A stretch of DNA of 64,000 nt from an uncultured Gemmatimonadaceae bacterium (GTDB lineage Bacteria > Gemmatimonadota > Gemmatimonadetes > Gemmatimonadales > Gemmatimonadaceae): the NCBI GenBank assembly GCA_963817955.1, contig CAWFQK010000002.1, positions 96,001 to 160,000 on the forward strand, in the 5' to 3' direction. Of this stretch, positions 1-8,869 are shown in pieces. Under the pieces are notes generated by a model. It was given only the letters and a program-made list of their open reading frames with translations. It did no database searches and was not told the DNA's origin. Every line of letters starts with the position of its first letter. Within the stretch, counting starts at the first letter, position 1. The translations under genes and the position numbers were made by a program.

Positions 1-307
1 GGTCGGAGGCGAATCCGGGCCCCTGCCCCTGCTCGTGCACCTCGAGCCCTGCAGCTTGGCGGAACAGCTCCCAGGGTGAATTGGCCGGCGTCCTTGCCAG
101 ATTCAAGGTGTCGATATGCGCCACCGTGAGGGGTTCACTGCGCTCCACCGGCGTCGCGGTGATGGTCACCTGATTGAGGCGCGCCGCCTTCCGCAGCGTA
201 TCACGCTTGGCCGTATCGGGTCGGACGTGCGTGGTGTCCTGCGCGGGCAACGAGAACGGCAACGCCACGCAGCCGATGGCGAGCGCGATCCAAGAGATCA
301 TACGCAT
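1..307 (-). CDS. TonB-dependent receptor, N-terminal part (runs off window start)
   Basis: Manual translation from ATG 307: MRMISWIALAIGCVALPFSLPAQDTT...LNQVTITATPVERSEP...TPANSPWELFRQAAGLEVHEQGQGPGFASD. Signal peptide, TonB-box-like VTITAT and plug-domain start; GGAG upstream. Confidence 0.75.
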   Translation of the reverse strand, partial: MRMISWIALAIGCVALPFSLPAQDTTHVRPDTAKRDTLRKAARLNQVTITATPVERSEPLTVAHIDTLNLARTPANSPWELFRQAAGLEVHEQGQGPGFASD

Positions 308-318
308 TGTGAGAACGT

Positions 319-442
319 CTCCACGTCGAGGGTACGGTGGAGGCATGTCGCACTCCACCGGCGACGGCGGCCTGGTGGCACGCCATCCGTCCGCGGCCTC
401 CGCGTGGCGGCAGCGGCGGCGCGGTCCTGCTCAGACGTGGAG
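319..442 (-). promoter_or_regulatory. Putative anti-SD/SD pairing between upstream ORF end and receptor RBS
   Basis: On the mRNA, CUCCACGUC (last codons of the upstream ORF, 442-434) is exactly complementary to GACGUGGAG (327-319), which contains the receptor SD. An extra 8-bp stem lies at 335-360. Confidence 0.45.
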
Positions 443-844
443 TGGTGGAGGACCGTTCGGGTAGGGAAGGATGACGTCCGGAGCTGCTGGCCGAAGGCCA
501 TGCGTCGCTGGCGCGGCAAGCGCCACCACGGTGATCTCGGGCGCCACCGGAAGCGTCGGCGACCGGGCAACATCTACTCCGACCGGGATGCTCCCGCAAC
601 ACGGGCAGCAGCACTGATGCGATCCATGATCGGCGGGTGGGGGCCCGTGCCCGCCGGGTGCACTCGCATCATCGTGTCCGCTCACCGCGGGCATCCCCGC
701 CATCGCCGCCATGCCGTCCATCAGCATCGCGGACCCCATGGTGCGCATGGGGCACCCATCCGACGGCATGACGCTCATGCTCGCCATCAGGAAACATGGC
801 CCGACCAGGCCGGTCACGATTCGCTGCCACAGTCGGCGTTGCAT
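431..844 (-). CDS. DUF2946-like (CutF/CruR-type) leader protein
   Basis: Signal-like N-terminus, Met/His-rich middle, HQCCCPCC cysteine cluster and C-terminal PYPNGPPP; directly upstream of a TonB-dependent receptor. Confidence 0.6.
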   Translation of the reverse strand: MQRRLWQRIVTGLVGPCFLMASMSVMPSDGCPMRTMGSAMLMDGMAAMAGMPAVSGHDDASAPGGHGPPPADHGSHQCCCPCCGSIPVGVDVARSPTLPVAPEITVVALAAPATHGLRPAAPDVILPYPNGPPPLHV

Positions 845-895
845 ATGCGATAATGTAGCGCGTCTCCCGGACGGCGTCATTCGCGGCGCGCACGA

Positions 896-1675
896 CTACA
901 AACGAAGCAATTGCTCCCGCAAGACCCTTCCCCTGATACGGCTCACCTGATGTTGCGAGCCGTTCTGCAGCACCGCGACGTATGTTCCGCCCGGCATCGG
1001 CGTGACCTTCTGGATCATCGCGAGATTGAGCAGCGTGCCGCGGGAGATGCGGACGAACTGCGCCGGATCGAGTCGCGCCTCGAGGTCCTTGAGTCGGTAC
1101 GTGATCGTGTGCCGATCACCCGCTCTGGTGGTGAGATGAAGCAGCTCACCGTCCGCGGCGACCGAGACGATCTGATCGACCGGCACGAGGAAGATGTCGT
1201 CCTTCTTCCGGACCGGTATCCGTCGCAGGAAGCTCGGCGGCTGCATCAACGCGTAGTCGCTCGTCGCGGCGCGAACCCGATCGACGTCACCAGGACGCAA
1301 GTCGGCGCGCTCGAGGCGTTCGATCGCACGATTGATCGTGGCGCGAAGACGCGCCGGTTCAACCGGCTTGAGCAAATAGTCGACAGCATTCAGCTCGAAT
1401 GCGCGCACGGCGTATTCGTCGTAGGCCGTGACGAACGCGACGAGCGGCATCTTCTCTCGCCGAACGAGGCGAACGACGCCGAGCCCGTCCAGTTCGGGCA
1501 TCTGGAGATCGAGCAGGGCGAGGTCGGGCATGACGGACTCGATGAGCTCCACCGCCTCCGCACCACTCCCCGCCTCACCAACGAGCTCCACGCCCTCGAA
1601 CTCGCTCAACAAGTTGCTCAAGAACGCGCGCGCGGGGCGCTCGTCGTCAGCGACGATGACTCGAATACGACTCAT
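896..1675 (-). CDS. LytTR-family response regulator
   Basis: Receiver motifs IVADDE, LLDLQMP, FVTAYDEYA and DYLLKP; C-terminal LytTR (LKDLEARLDPAQFVRISRGTLLN). Start could be 1699. Confidence 0.93.
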   Translation of the reverse strand: MSRIRVIVADDERPARAFLSNLLSEFEGVELVGEAGSGAEAVELIESVMPDLALLDLQMPELDGLGVVRLVRREKMPLVAFVTAYDEYAVRAFELNAVDYLLKPVEPARLRATINRAIERLERADLRPGDVDRVRAATSDYALMQPPSFLRRIPVRKKDDIFLVPVDQIVSVAADGELLHLTTRAGDRHTITYRLKDLEARLDPAQFVRISRGTLLNLAMIQKVTPMPGGTYVAVLQNGSQHQVSRIRGRVLREQLLRL

Positions 1676-1743
1676 CCTGGTTGCCGGGGTGGGTGGCATG
1701 CCCCGGAGGATAGGCACTTCTACGGCGAGCGCCTCCGGCCACT

Positions 1744-1796
1744 AACGAATGGTCGCTTCGGACGGTCGACAGTGCCAGTAGGGCCAATGAATGGTC
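1744..1796 (-). promoter_or_regulatory. Possible LytTR-type direct repeats
   Basis: GACCATTCATT and GACCATTCGTT on the minus strand, 42 bp apart, between kinase and regulator. Confidence 0.35.
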
Positions 1797-1808
1797 AGAC
1801 CTGATTCT

Positions 1809-3743
1809 TCAAACGGATACCGCGCCCGTACGATCTGTCCACGGCAGGCACACTTCCACCGTGGTGCCGCCGCCCGCCGTCTCACGCACCGTGAACGCCG
1901 CGGCGGCGCCGTAGTAATGCCGGAGGCGATCGCTCACGCTCCTCAATCCGACTCCCGCGCCCGGATCGGATGACGCGGCGCCCATGCCGACGCCCGTGTC
2001 CTCGACGAGGATTCTCAGGTATCCCAGCTCGTCGCCCGGCACGACATCGCGTTCCGCGAATACGCGTACTGCACCACCGCGCCGAAGCGGGGCGATGCCG
2101 TGCTTCACAGCGTTTTCGACGAGCGGCTGGAGCAAGAGCGGCGGCAGTCGTGCGCAACGAAGGTCGTCGGGCACATCGATGATCACGTCGAGCCGTTCCT
2201 GAAATCGTTCGCGTTCAATCGCCAGGTACGCTTCGACGATCTCCAATTCCTCCCGCAGCGACACAAATTGACCGTTCGTTCGCCGGAGCACCGCACGGAG
2301 AAGTCCAGTCAATCGATAGAGCGTGGCGACGGCCCGCTCTGGATCGGCACGCATCAGGTGCCCGAGCGTATTGAGCGCATTGAAGAGAAAATGGGGATTG
2401 AGTTGTGCGCGCAGCGCGCTCAGTTCGGCTTCGGTCGCCTGCCGGCGCATCTCGTCGTCATGCCGCACTCGCTCGCGACGCTCGGCTTCGACTCGGATTC
2501 CGTCGAGACGTCGTCCCACCGTCGCCGCGACGTGCTCGATCATTGCCAGATCGTCGGACAGGAACGTCCGTCCGCCCTGCAATTCGTCGATCTCCACCTG
2601 ATAGGCCTGTTCGGCTGCCGTGGGAATCGTGACGGTTGCACGGCATCGACGTGCATCGAGAGTGATCTCGGGATGTTGGGCGACAGCACCATCGTCCAGT
2701 GGTCGCCACGTCACCTTCGATGCACCGAATGCCGATGCCAGCATGTCGCACGCTGCCCCGAGCACCTCGTCGACAGACCCGGTGTCGGACAGACGGCCCA
2801 CCAGCGTCGCACGCAATTGGCGATAGTCCGCACGCTGAAGGACCACGCGGTCGACGAAAGTGAACACGCGTCGCTGAATCCAGGGAAACGCCAATGCGGT
2901 AGCGGTCCACACCCCAAGCAGGACACCTGTGGTGACGAGGTACGAGTCGCGATCCGCGATGCGGGACGCGATCGCATGCGGGTCGACGAGTGGCGCCACG
3001 ACGGTAGCATACAACAGTGCGACGATGGCAACGAGTGCGACGATCGCAAGGGCGCGCTTCAGGAAGAGATCGGCGAACGCAAATCGATAGTCCTGGTAGA
3101 GAATCGCGAGCACGAGCGGAAGCGACGCGTGGTGGCCGACCAACTCCATTGGCCACGGGTCCGTGTCGACGAGTCCAGGATGGCGACTCAAGTGGAGCGC
3201 GGACACCGCAAATGCGGCAAGGGCTATGGCCGTGATGGTGCGTGGAAAGCCCGGCTTGCCTCGTTCGATCACGGCAAGAGCCGCGAGGACCAGCGCGTAC
3301 GTGAGCGTAAGGAGAAGCAGGCCGACGGACGAGAGCAGTTCGCCATGCGCGGCGGCAACAGCATTGAGCACTCCGGCGGTCGCGCTTCCCGCGTAGGCAA
3401 CGGACACGAGCCATGCATGTTCGCGTGTCGCGGCGCGATTGCGAGTGGAGTGCACGACGACGGCGGGAAGAAAACCGAGCGCCGTATAAGCGATGGCACC
3501 GACCCACGGCAACGGCTCGCCCCAGCCGAAATCGCGAACCGCATAGACGAACATGGCGCCCGCGTTCCAGACCGTACCGAGCAGCGCGGTGAAAAGCGGA
3601 AGGCGATCGGCGCGACTCTGTTTACCGCTCCCGAGCACATAGCTCAGACGCCGGCGCGTCATCACCGCCAGCATCACGTACAGAATGATGCCGGTGGCGA
3701 AGCCGGCGAGGTGAATCAAGGCGGTGAGATCGCGCGCGCTCAT
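1809..3743 (-). CDS. LytS-family membrane sensor histidine kinase
   Basis: Multi-TM N-terminus; LRAQLNPHFLFNALN, LLQPLVENAVKHG, VEDTGVG and GVGL boxes. Confidence 0.93.
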   Translation of the reverse strand: MSARDLTALIHLAGFATGIILYVMLAVMTRRRLSYVLGSGKQSRADRLPLFTALLGTVWNAGAMFVYAVRDFGWGEPLPWVGAIAYTALGFLPAVVVHSTRNRAATREHAWLVSVAYAGSATAGVLNAVAAAHGELLSSVGLLLLTLTYALVLAALAVIERGKPGFPRTITAIALAAFAVSALHLSRHPGLVDTDPWPMELVGHHASLPLVLAILYQDYRFAFADLFLKRALAIVALVAIVALLYATVVAPLVDPHAIASRIADRDSYLVTTGVLLGVWTATALAFPWIQRRVFTFVDRVVLQRADYRQLRATLVGRLSDTGSVDEVLGAACDMLASAFGASKVTWRPLDDGAVAQHPEITLDARRCRATVTIPTAAEQAYQVEIDELQGGRTFLSDDLAMIEHVAATVGRRLDGIRVEAERRERVRHDDEMRRQATEAELSALRAQLNPHFLFNALNTLGHLMRADPERAVATLYRLTGLLRAVLRRTNGQFVSLREELEIVEAYLAIERERFQERLDVIIDVPDDLRCARLPPLLLQPLVENAVKHGIAPLRRGGAVRVFAERDVVPGDELGYLRILVEDTGVGMGAASSDPGAGVGLRSVSDRLRHYYGAAAAFTVRETAGGGTTVEVCLPWTDRTGAVSV

Positions 3744-3750
3744 CGGCGGC

Positions 3751-5310
3751 TCAGCAGTCGGGGGGCGCGACGGTCTTCCCTGTCAATCGCGCCAGGTTCG
3801 TCTTGGCCGCTTCGTTGCCGGCCGCCGCCCCCTTTCGATACCACGACACCGCCTGGTCAATGTCCTTCGTAACGCCCTGCCCAGCTTCATACATCACACC
3901 AAGGTTGTACATCCCTTTCGCATCTCCTGCATCGGCAGCCTTCCTGTACCATGCTACGGCCTGTACGTCGTCCTTGGTGACTCCCTCGCCGTTCTCGTAA
4001 AGCGATCCGATGTTGAGCATCGAGACGGTGTTCCCGATTTCGGCCGCTTTGCGGTACCACTGCACTGCCTGTGCATAGTCCCTGGTGACACCCTCTCCAT
4101 TTTGGTACACCCAACCCAGATGATTCATCGCCGGTCCGTTACCAGCGTCCGAGAGTTCCTGGTAATACAACATTGACAATGAATAATTCTTGGCGGCGTT
4201 CGTGCCGCGCTCTGCTGTCTTGAGCGCGTCCTTCGGGTTTCCGCCTGACGCGAGCCGTATGAGGCCAATCGCGCAAATGGCGTCGCCGTCATTTGGCTGG
4301 AGTCGCAGCGCTGTGTTGAATTCCACCTCAGCTTCCGCGGGTTTGCCTTCCGCGCGCAGGATCCTACCCAACCCGTCGTGCGACGCGTAGTCATTCGCAT
4401 CCAGTTGCAGTGCAGCCGCGTACTCCGCCTTCGCTCCCTCCAGGTTCAGGTCGCGCCGTATAGCCCATTCCCCAAGGCCACGGTACGCCGCCGCAATCTG
4501 TCCGGCCAGCTTCGGGTCGAGGCGGGCAGCCTCCGCATATTCCTCGGTCGCCTCGTCCGTCTTTTTCGCCCGCTCGGCCGCTTGCTTGTAGGAGTCCGCA
4601 ATCTCTGCCTGCAATGTCCCATCGAGGCGAAGGGCCTCGGCGTACTCCACCTTGGCCGCTGCCGTTTTGTGCTGGGCCAGCAGCAGATCGCCGTAGTGCT
4701 CGCGTGCGCCACCGTACGCGGCGTTCAGACGAATCGCCTCGAGCAGTTCCTTTTCCCCTGCAACCGCGTCGTCGCGACCGAGCACCACGCCGAGCACGTC
4801 GTGCGAGAGCCAGAGAGCCGGATCGGCAGCGATAGCCTTCCGCGCCCAGACCGTTGCATTCGGGTAGTCCGACTGGTCGTAGTACACCTCCGCCAGCATC
4901 GCCATTCTCTGAGCAGTCGGCTGCATCTGATTGGCGACGGAAAATTCCCGGACGGCATCGGCCCATCCCTGCCGCTGCATCGAAGCGATGCCAGCGTCGG
5001 TGTGTTCCTGCGCAGTCAGGTTGAACGCTTTGCCTGCCAGACCGCGATCGAATGACGCGAAGAACAGGTTGAAATCGAACGACTCGTCGACCGTCGCAGG
5101 GACGTCCGCGTAGATACCATCGGCCCTGTTTCCGGCCCCCTGCGGACCCGACATCCATCCATAGAAGTGCACAGTGCCTTCGACCATCGCCTTGACCTGC
5201 TCGACGGTATGGCCTTCGACGATGTGCTTGTCCTCATGGGTGACGTCGGGTCCGGACAGCGGCGCAACGGCGACCAGCGAAACGAGAGAGAGGGCGACGA
5301 GGGTACGCAT
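3751..5310 (-). CDS. Secreted TPR and SEL1-repeat protein
   Basis: Signal peptide, TPR-like helices and three SEL1 repeats (LGxxYxNGEGVTxDxxQAVxWYRKAA). Confidence 0.85.
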   Translation of the reverse strand: MRTLVALSLVSLVAVAPLSGPDVTHEDKHIVEGHTVEQVKAMVEGTVHFYGWMSGPQGAGNRADGIYADVPATVDESFDFNLFFASFDRGLAGKAFNLTAQEHTDAGIASMQRQGWADAVREFSVANQMQPTAQRMAMLAEVYYDQSDYPNATVWARKAIAADPALWLSHDVLGVVLGRDDAVAGEKELLEAIRLNAAYGGAREHYGDLLLAQHKTAAAKVEYAEALRLDGTLQAEIADSYKQAAERAKKTDEATEEYAEAARLDPKLAGQIAAAYRGLGEWAIRRDLNLEGAKAEYAAALQLDANDYASHDGLGRILRAEGKPAEAEVEFNTALRLQPNDGDAICAIGLIRLASGGNPKDALKTAERGTNAAKNYSLSMLYYQELSDAGNGPAMNHLGWVYQNGEGVTRDYAQAVQWYRKAAEIGNTVSMLNIGSLYENGEGVTKDDVQAVAWYRKAADAGDAKGMYNLGVMYEAGQGVTKDIDQAVSWYRKGAAAGNEAAKTNLARLTGKTVAPPDC

Positions 5311-5447
5311 GTCGGCCGGCCTCATTGGATGCGGCACGGCCGTGGGGGCCGGCCTTTGTTTCGTTCACGTAGCAGGGAGAGACTCGGAAGATACTACGCC
5401 GAAACAAAGTCGCCGGAACCCCACTTCAGTCGCGTGGCGAAAGGCTC

Positions 5448-5942
5448 TCAGCGAGTCTTCGCGCGACTGATCGAGTACACGTACGCGGCGACAGACTTGA
5501 CCTGGTCTGCCGTCAAACTTGCGCCACCCTTGGGCAGCATAGGGGCGGTGTAAGGCGGCGTCGGCGTCGGCATTCCAGTCGTGACACGCTGCTGTATGAA
5601 ATCGTAGGAGCCGTCGCCGGTCAGCCACTTGCCACTCACGAGCGACGGCGCGAGCGGTCCGCCGTTCGCGTCCGGACCATGACACGTCTGACACAGCCCG
5701 CCGGCCGCGAGTCCGTGAAATATGCTATCGCCTTCCGCAAGCGCCGCCGCAGCTACGCCCGTAGGCGCGGCACCGGGCGTAGGACTCGGGAGTCCGGCGG
5801 CCGCCGCGCCTACGACCGGAGCGGACGCGACCGGTGGCTCCGCTGCTGTGCTGCCACCGGAGGGTGCCTTCTCACCGCCACCTTTACAGCCGCCAACGAC
5901 GAGACAAATGACGACCGCGGCTGTTACAGATGGGCAACGCAT
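5448..5942 (-). CDS. Monoheme c-type cytochrome lipoprotein
   Basis: Lipobox-like VVGGC, Pro/Ala linker, CQTCHG heme motif and distal Met (APMLPKGG). Confidence 0.85.
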   Translation of the reverse strand: MRCPSVTAAVVICLVVGGCKGGGEKAPSGGSTAAEPPVASAPVVGAAAAGLPSPTPGAAPTGVAAAALAEGDSIFHGLAAGGLCQTCHGPDANGGPLAPSLVSGKWLTGDGSYDFIQQRVTTGMPTPTPPYTAPMLPKGGASLTADQVKSVAAYVYSISRAKTR

Positions 5943-6103
5943 GTGTCCGCTCACTGAGTTGAGCATGGGGGTCTCGCATGAAGTAGGTGGGTATCGCATG
6001 AAGTCGCTTGCCGCGCACGCAGATTATGTACCACACCAGGATCCGACTGGATGGCTCTCCGATCAGCGGAGTTGGCGCGGCGAACATCGCGACTTCGACA
6101 GGG

Positions 6104-6122
6104 GTAGCATTGGCTGCTATAC
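6104..6122 (+). promoter_or_regulatory. Palindromic TA operator
   Basis: TAGCA-ttggc-TGCTA inverted repeat overlapping a TATACT -10-like hexamer just before ATG 6130. Confidence 0.4.
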
Positions 6123-6129
6123 TTCGCGC

Positions 6130-6195
6130 ATGGCCAAACTTGCGGCTGCACCTAGTCCACGAGTCTTCATCAATGGCGAAAGCGACAAACGTTAG
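6130..6195 (+). pseudogene. Collapsed HigB/RelE-type toxin remnant (21 codons)
   Basis: MAKLAAAPSPRVF-INGESDKR* sits in the toxin position and overlaps the antitoxin start. RVF resembles RelE/HigB N-termini; the core is missing. Confidence 0.45.
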
Positions 6196-6631
6196 CAGGA
6201 ACACCAGGAGGACTGGTGCGAAGGTTGCCGGGGCCGCGGGTGGCAAGGTCCGCGGCCTCAAAGCGCGTAAGGCCAACGGCGACGTAGCGAAGCCTCGTGG
6301 GGTCGCGGAGAAGACGGCACGCAGATACAAGGGCGACCTTTTCGAGGCGATCCACTCCAGTGCATCGGACCTCCACTCGATCGGAGCGATCGGCAAGCAG
6401 ACGATGCGCGAGTACGATGAGCTCTGCATCGAACCCCCGAAGGAGATCTCCGCCCGCAACATCAAGGCGCTTCGCGAGAGTCTCAACATGAGCCAGCCGA
6501 TCTTCGCGCGTCGGATCTACGTCAGCCCGAGCACGGTGGCGAAGTGGGAATCAGGAGCCAACAAGCCCAGCGGGATCGCCCTCAAGTACCTCAACGTCCT
6601 CAAGCGGCTGGGGGCCGAGGCGCTCGACTGA
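6173..6631 (+). CDS. higA: HigA-like XRE/HTH antitoxin
   Basis: AIHSSASDLHSIGAIGKQTMREYDELC followed by HTH IKALRESLNMSQPIFA...VAKWESGANKPSG. Confidence 0.82.
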   Translation: MAKATNVSRNTRRTGAKVAGAAGGKVRGLKARKANGDVAKPRGVAEKTARRYKGDLFEAIHSSASDLHSIGAIGKQTMREYDELCIEPPKEISARNIKALRESLNMSQPIFARRIYVSPSTVAKWESGANKPSGIALKYLNVLKRLGAEALD

Positions 6632-6699
6632 ACCTCCGGCTTTTCCACAGCCCCAGGAACCATCAATTCGCCCACTCATTTCCACGAAGACTCTTCAGG

Positions 6700-6745
6700 A
6701 AGAGCGCACGACCGGACTCGAACCCGTGACGTCCAGCTTGGAAGC
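6700..6745 (-). repeat. att-like copy of the tRNA-Gly(CCC) 3' half
   Basis: Aligns to 31027-31073 with 4 mismatches and 1 gap; 25-nt exact core 6717-6741 = 31044-31068. Confidence 0.8.
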
Positions 6746-6759
6746 ATGGATGTCGCTCG

Positions 6760-8434
6760 TCACTCCGCCCGGAGCGCCTCCAGGGGATCAATGCGCGACG
6801 CGCGCCGGGCAGGCACGGCACTGGCCACGCCCGCGACGACACCGATCAGTGCGAGCAGCATCCCCTCGCGCAGAACCAGTCCGAGCACACCAAGCGGCGC
6901 GGCGCCGAGTGCCAGCCTGAGCCCCAACTCCCGCGTGCGCAGCGAGACGACGTAGGCGATCACACCGTACAGTCCGATCGCGCCGAGGACCAACGTGATC
7001 GCGGCAGCCGCCGCGAGCGTCAGGAGCACGAAGCGCGTGCGCGCGGTCGCACGGCTCAGCGCCTCGGTGAGCGGTTCGAGACCGTACACCGGCACGCTCG
7101 CATCCATCGCTCGAATCTCACGTCGCACCGACGCGGACAGCGCAGCCGGATCGCCGCGCGTGCGCAGCACGAAGCTCGCCACGGGCGGTGTGAACGGTGC
7201 AAGTGAGTCCGGCACCGACGGGTCGGCGATGCTGAGCGGCAGATACGTCTGACCGATTGCGGGTGCCTCGACCGACGTATCGCGCACGCTCTCGACGACG
7301 CCGATGATGGACGACCAGCGGTTGGCGAGCACCCGCACCCGCTGCCCGATCGCCGCGCGGCCGGTGGGATCGTTCCAGTACTTCTCCGCAAACGCGCGGC
7401 TCACGATCACGTTGTTCGCGTCGGTCGGATCAGAGGCGCCCGTGAAGAGCCGGCCGGCGAGCAGCGTGATGTGCATCGCGCGGAAATAGCCTGCGCTCGC
7501 CATGGTGAACGGGTACAACGGAGACGAGCACCGTGAACGCGGCCGTCACCGCATCGATGTGCACCGACGCGAGCCGCGGGAAATTCGATGGCCCGTAGCG
7601 CACCAGCATCGCTGTCACGGCGATCGCGAACGCGATGCCGAGCACCGCGGCGGCCTTGGACTGAGCGAGCAACTGGGTGGTCGGGAGCGTCGGAAAGAGA
7701 TCCGGGAACGACTCCGGCAGTCTCAGCAGCAGCTTGTTGAGCTCCGCTTGTGCGGCTTCGGCCGTCGCGCCAGGCGCGAGTTGGGCGATGCCGCCGAGGT
7801 TGAAGCTGCCGGCGTGCGGCGTCAGCGAGTCGAGCTGCAGCGGCCGCCAGAGCTGCGTCGTGGAGACGGGCGAGTGGAATCCGGGCGGCATCACGCCGAT
7901 GATGCGATAGGTCTCGCCGTTGATCCGCGCGTCCCGGTCGAGAATGTTCTTATCCGCGCCGTATCGGCGGCGCCACAGATCGTCGCTGATCAACGCAACG
8001 TGCGTGTTCGGCCGCTCATCTGCCGAGACGAAGCCGCGCCCGCGCGCCGGCGACACGCCGAGCGTGGTCATCATGTTCGCCGAGACGTCCGCGGCGCTGA
8101 CACGCTCCGCTTCGGTGCTTCCGTTCACGTCGGCGAGATTGAGCGACAGCGGCACGTACGCCGCGATCAAGGCGAGCTTGTGGCTGGTGTGTCGGTAATG
8201 ATAGAAGGTGCCGAGCGACAGGCCGGCATCGGGAATGCCGATGCCAATCAGCGATTGCCGGAGCACGACGAGGCGATCGGCATTTCCGTATGGCAGCGGC
8301 CGAAGCAGCACGGCGTTCACGACGCTGAAGGCCGCGGCGGTTGCACCGATGCCTAAGCCGAGCGTGAGGACCGCGGCTGCCGTGAAGAGGGGCGTGCGAG
8401 CGAGTGAGCGGATGACTGGTCGAAACGCGGTCAT
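6760..8434 (-). pseudogene. ADOP/MacB-like duplicated permease with internal deletions
   Basis: Typical N-terminus (LTLGLGIGATAAAFSVVNAVLLRPLPY) and C-terminus ([17 protein letters not shown]) in ~1.67 kb versus 2.43 kb for the paralog at 24024; frame change near 7510. Confidence 0.8.
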
Positions 8435-8869
8435 CACGAGATGCTCTTGCAGGATTAGGATGCGACCTGAATTCGTTTGGGGCAATCGGCTCAGAAAGTC
8501 AATGTAGTGAATGCCGGGGATTCCGGGTACGCACTCACTGATCGTCTTGTGTCACTATCGCGGGTTCACAGATTGTCCTGCGCATTGTTCGAGTACAGCG
8601 GGAGCAAGTCGATGCGGCCGATGTTGGTGCGATGGTACTATGGTAGTAAATGCCACCCAGGTTGCCGCGATTTCTCTGGGTGCGCCAGCCGTCGGCGCAT
8701 AGGACGTGCCCCTGAGAAGTCCTTGGCGCTCGCTGGCGATTAGAGACCATCCCCGTCACAAGGAGTACGTCTTCTTTCAGCCGTTCGTGTCATGGGAACT
8801 GGCAATGACGTTCACTAACCTCAGTGAACTCAACATCCCGTTCACACGCACACAGGTTTGGAGAAGAGT

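Noticed and set aside
2100..3872. Long antisense ORFs (also 9269-10420, 31392-32504, 39974-40918, 62489-63868)
   Set aside because: Shadow frames of well-supported genes in high-GC DNA, with no motifs and Arg-rich composition.
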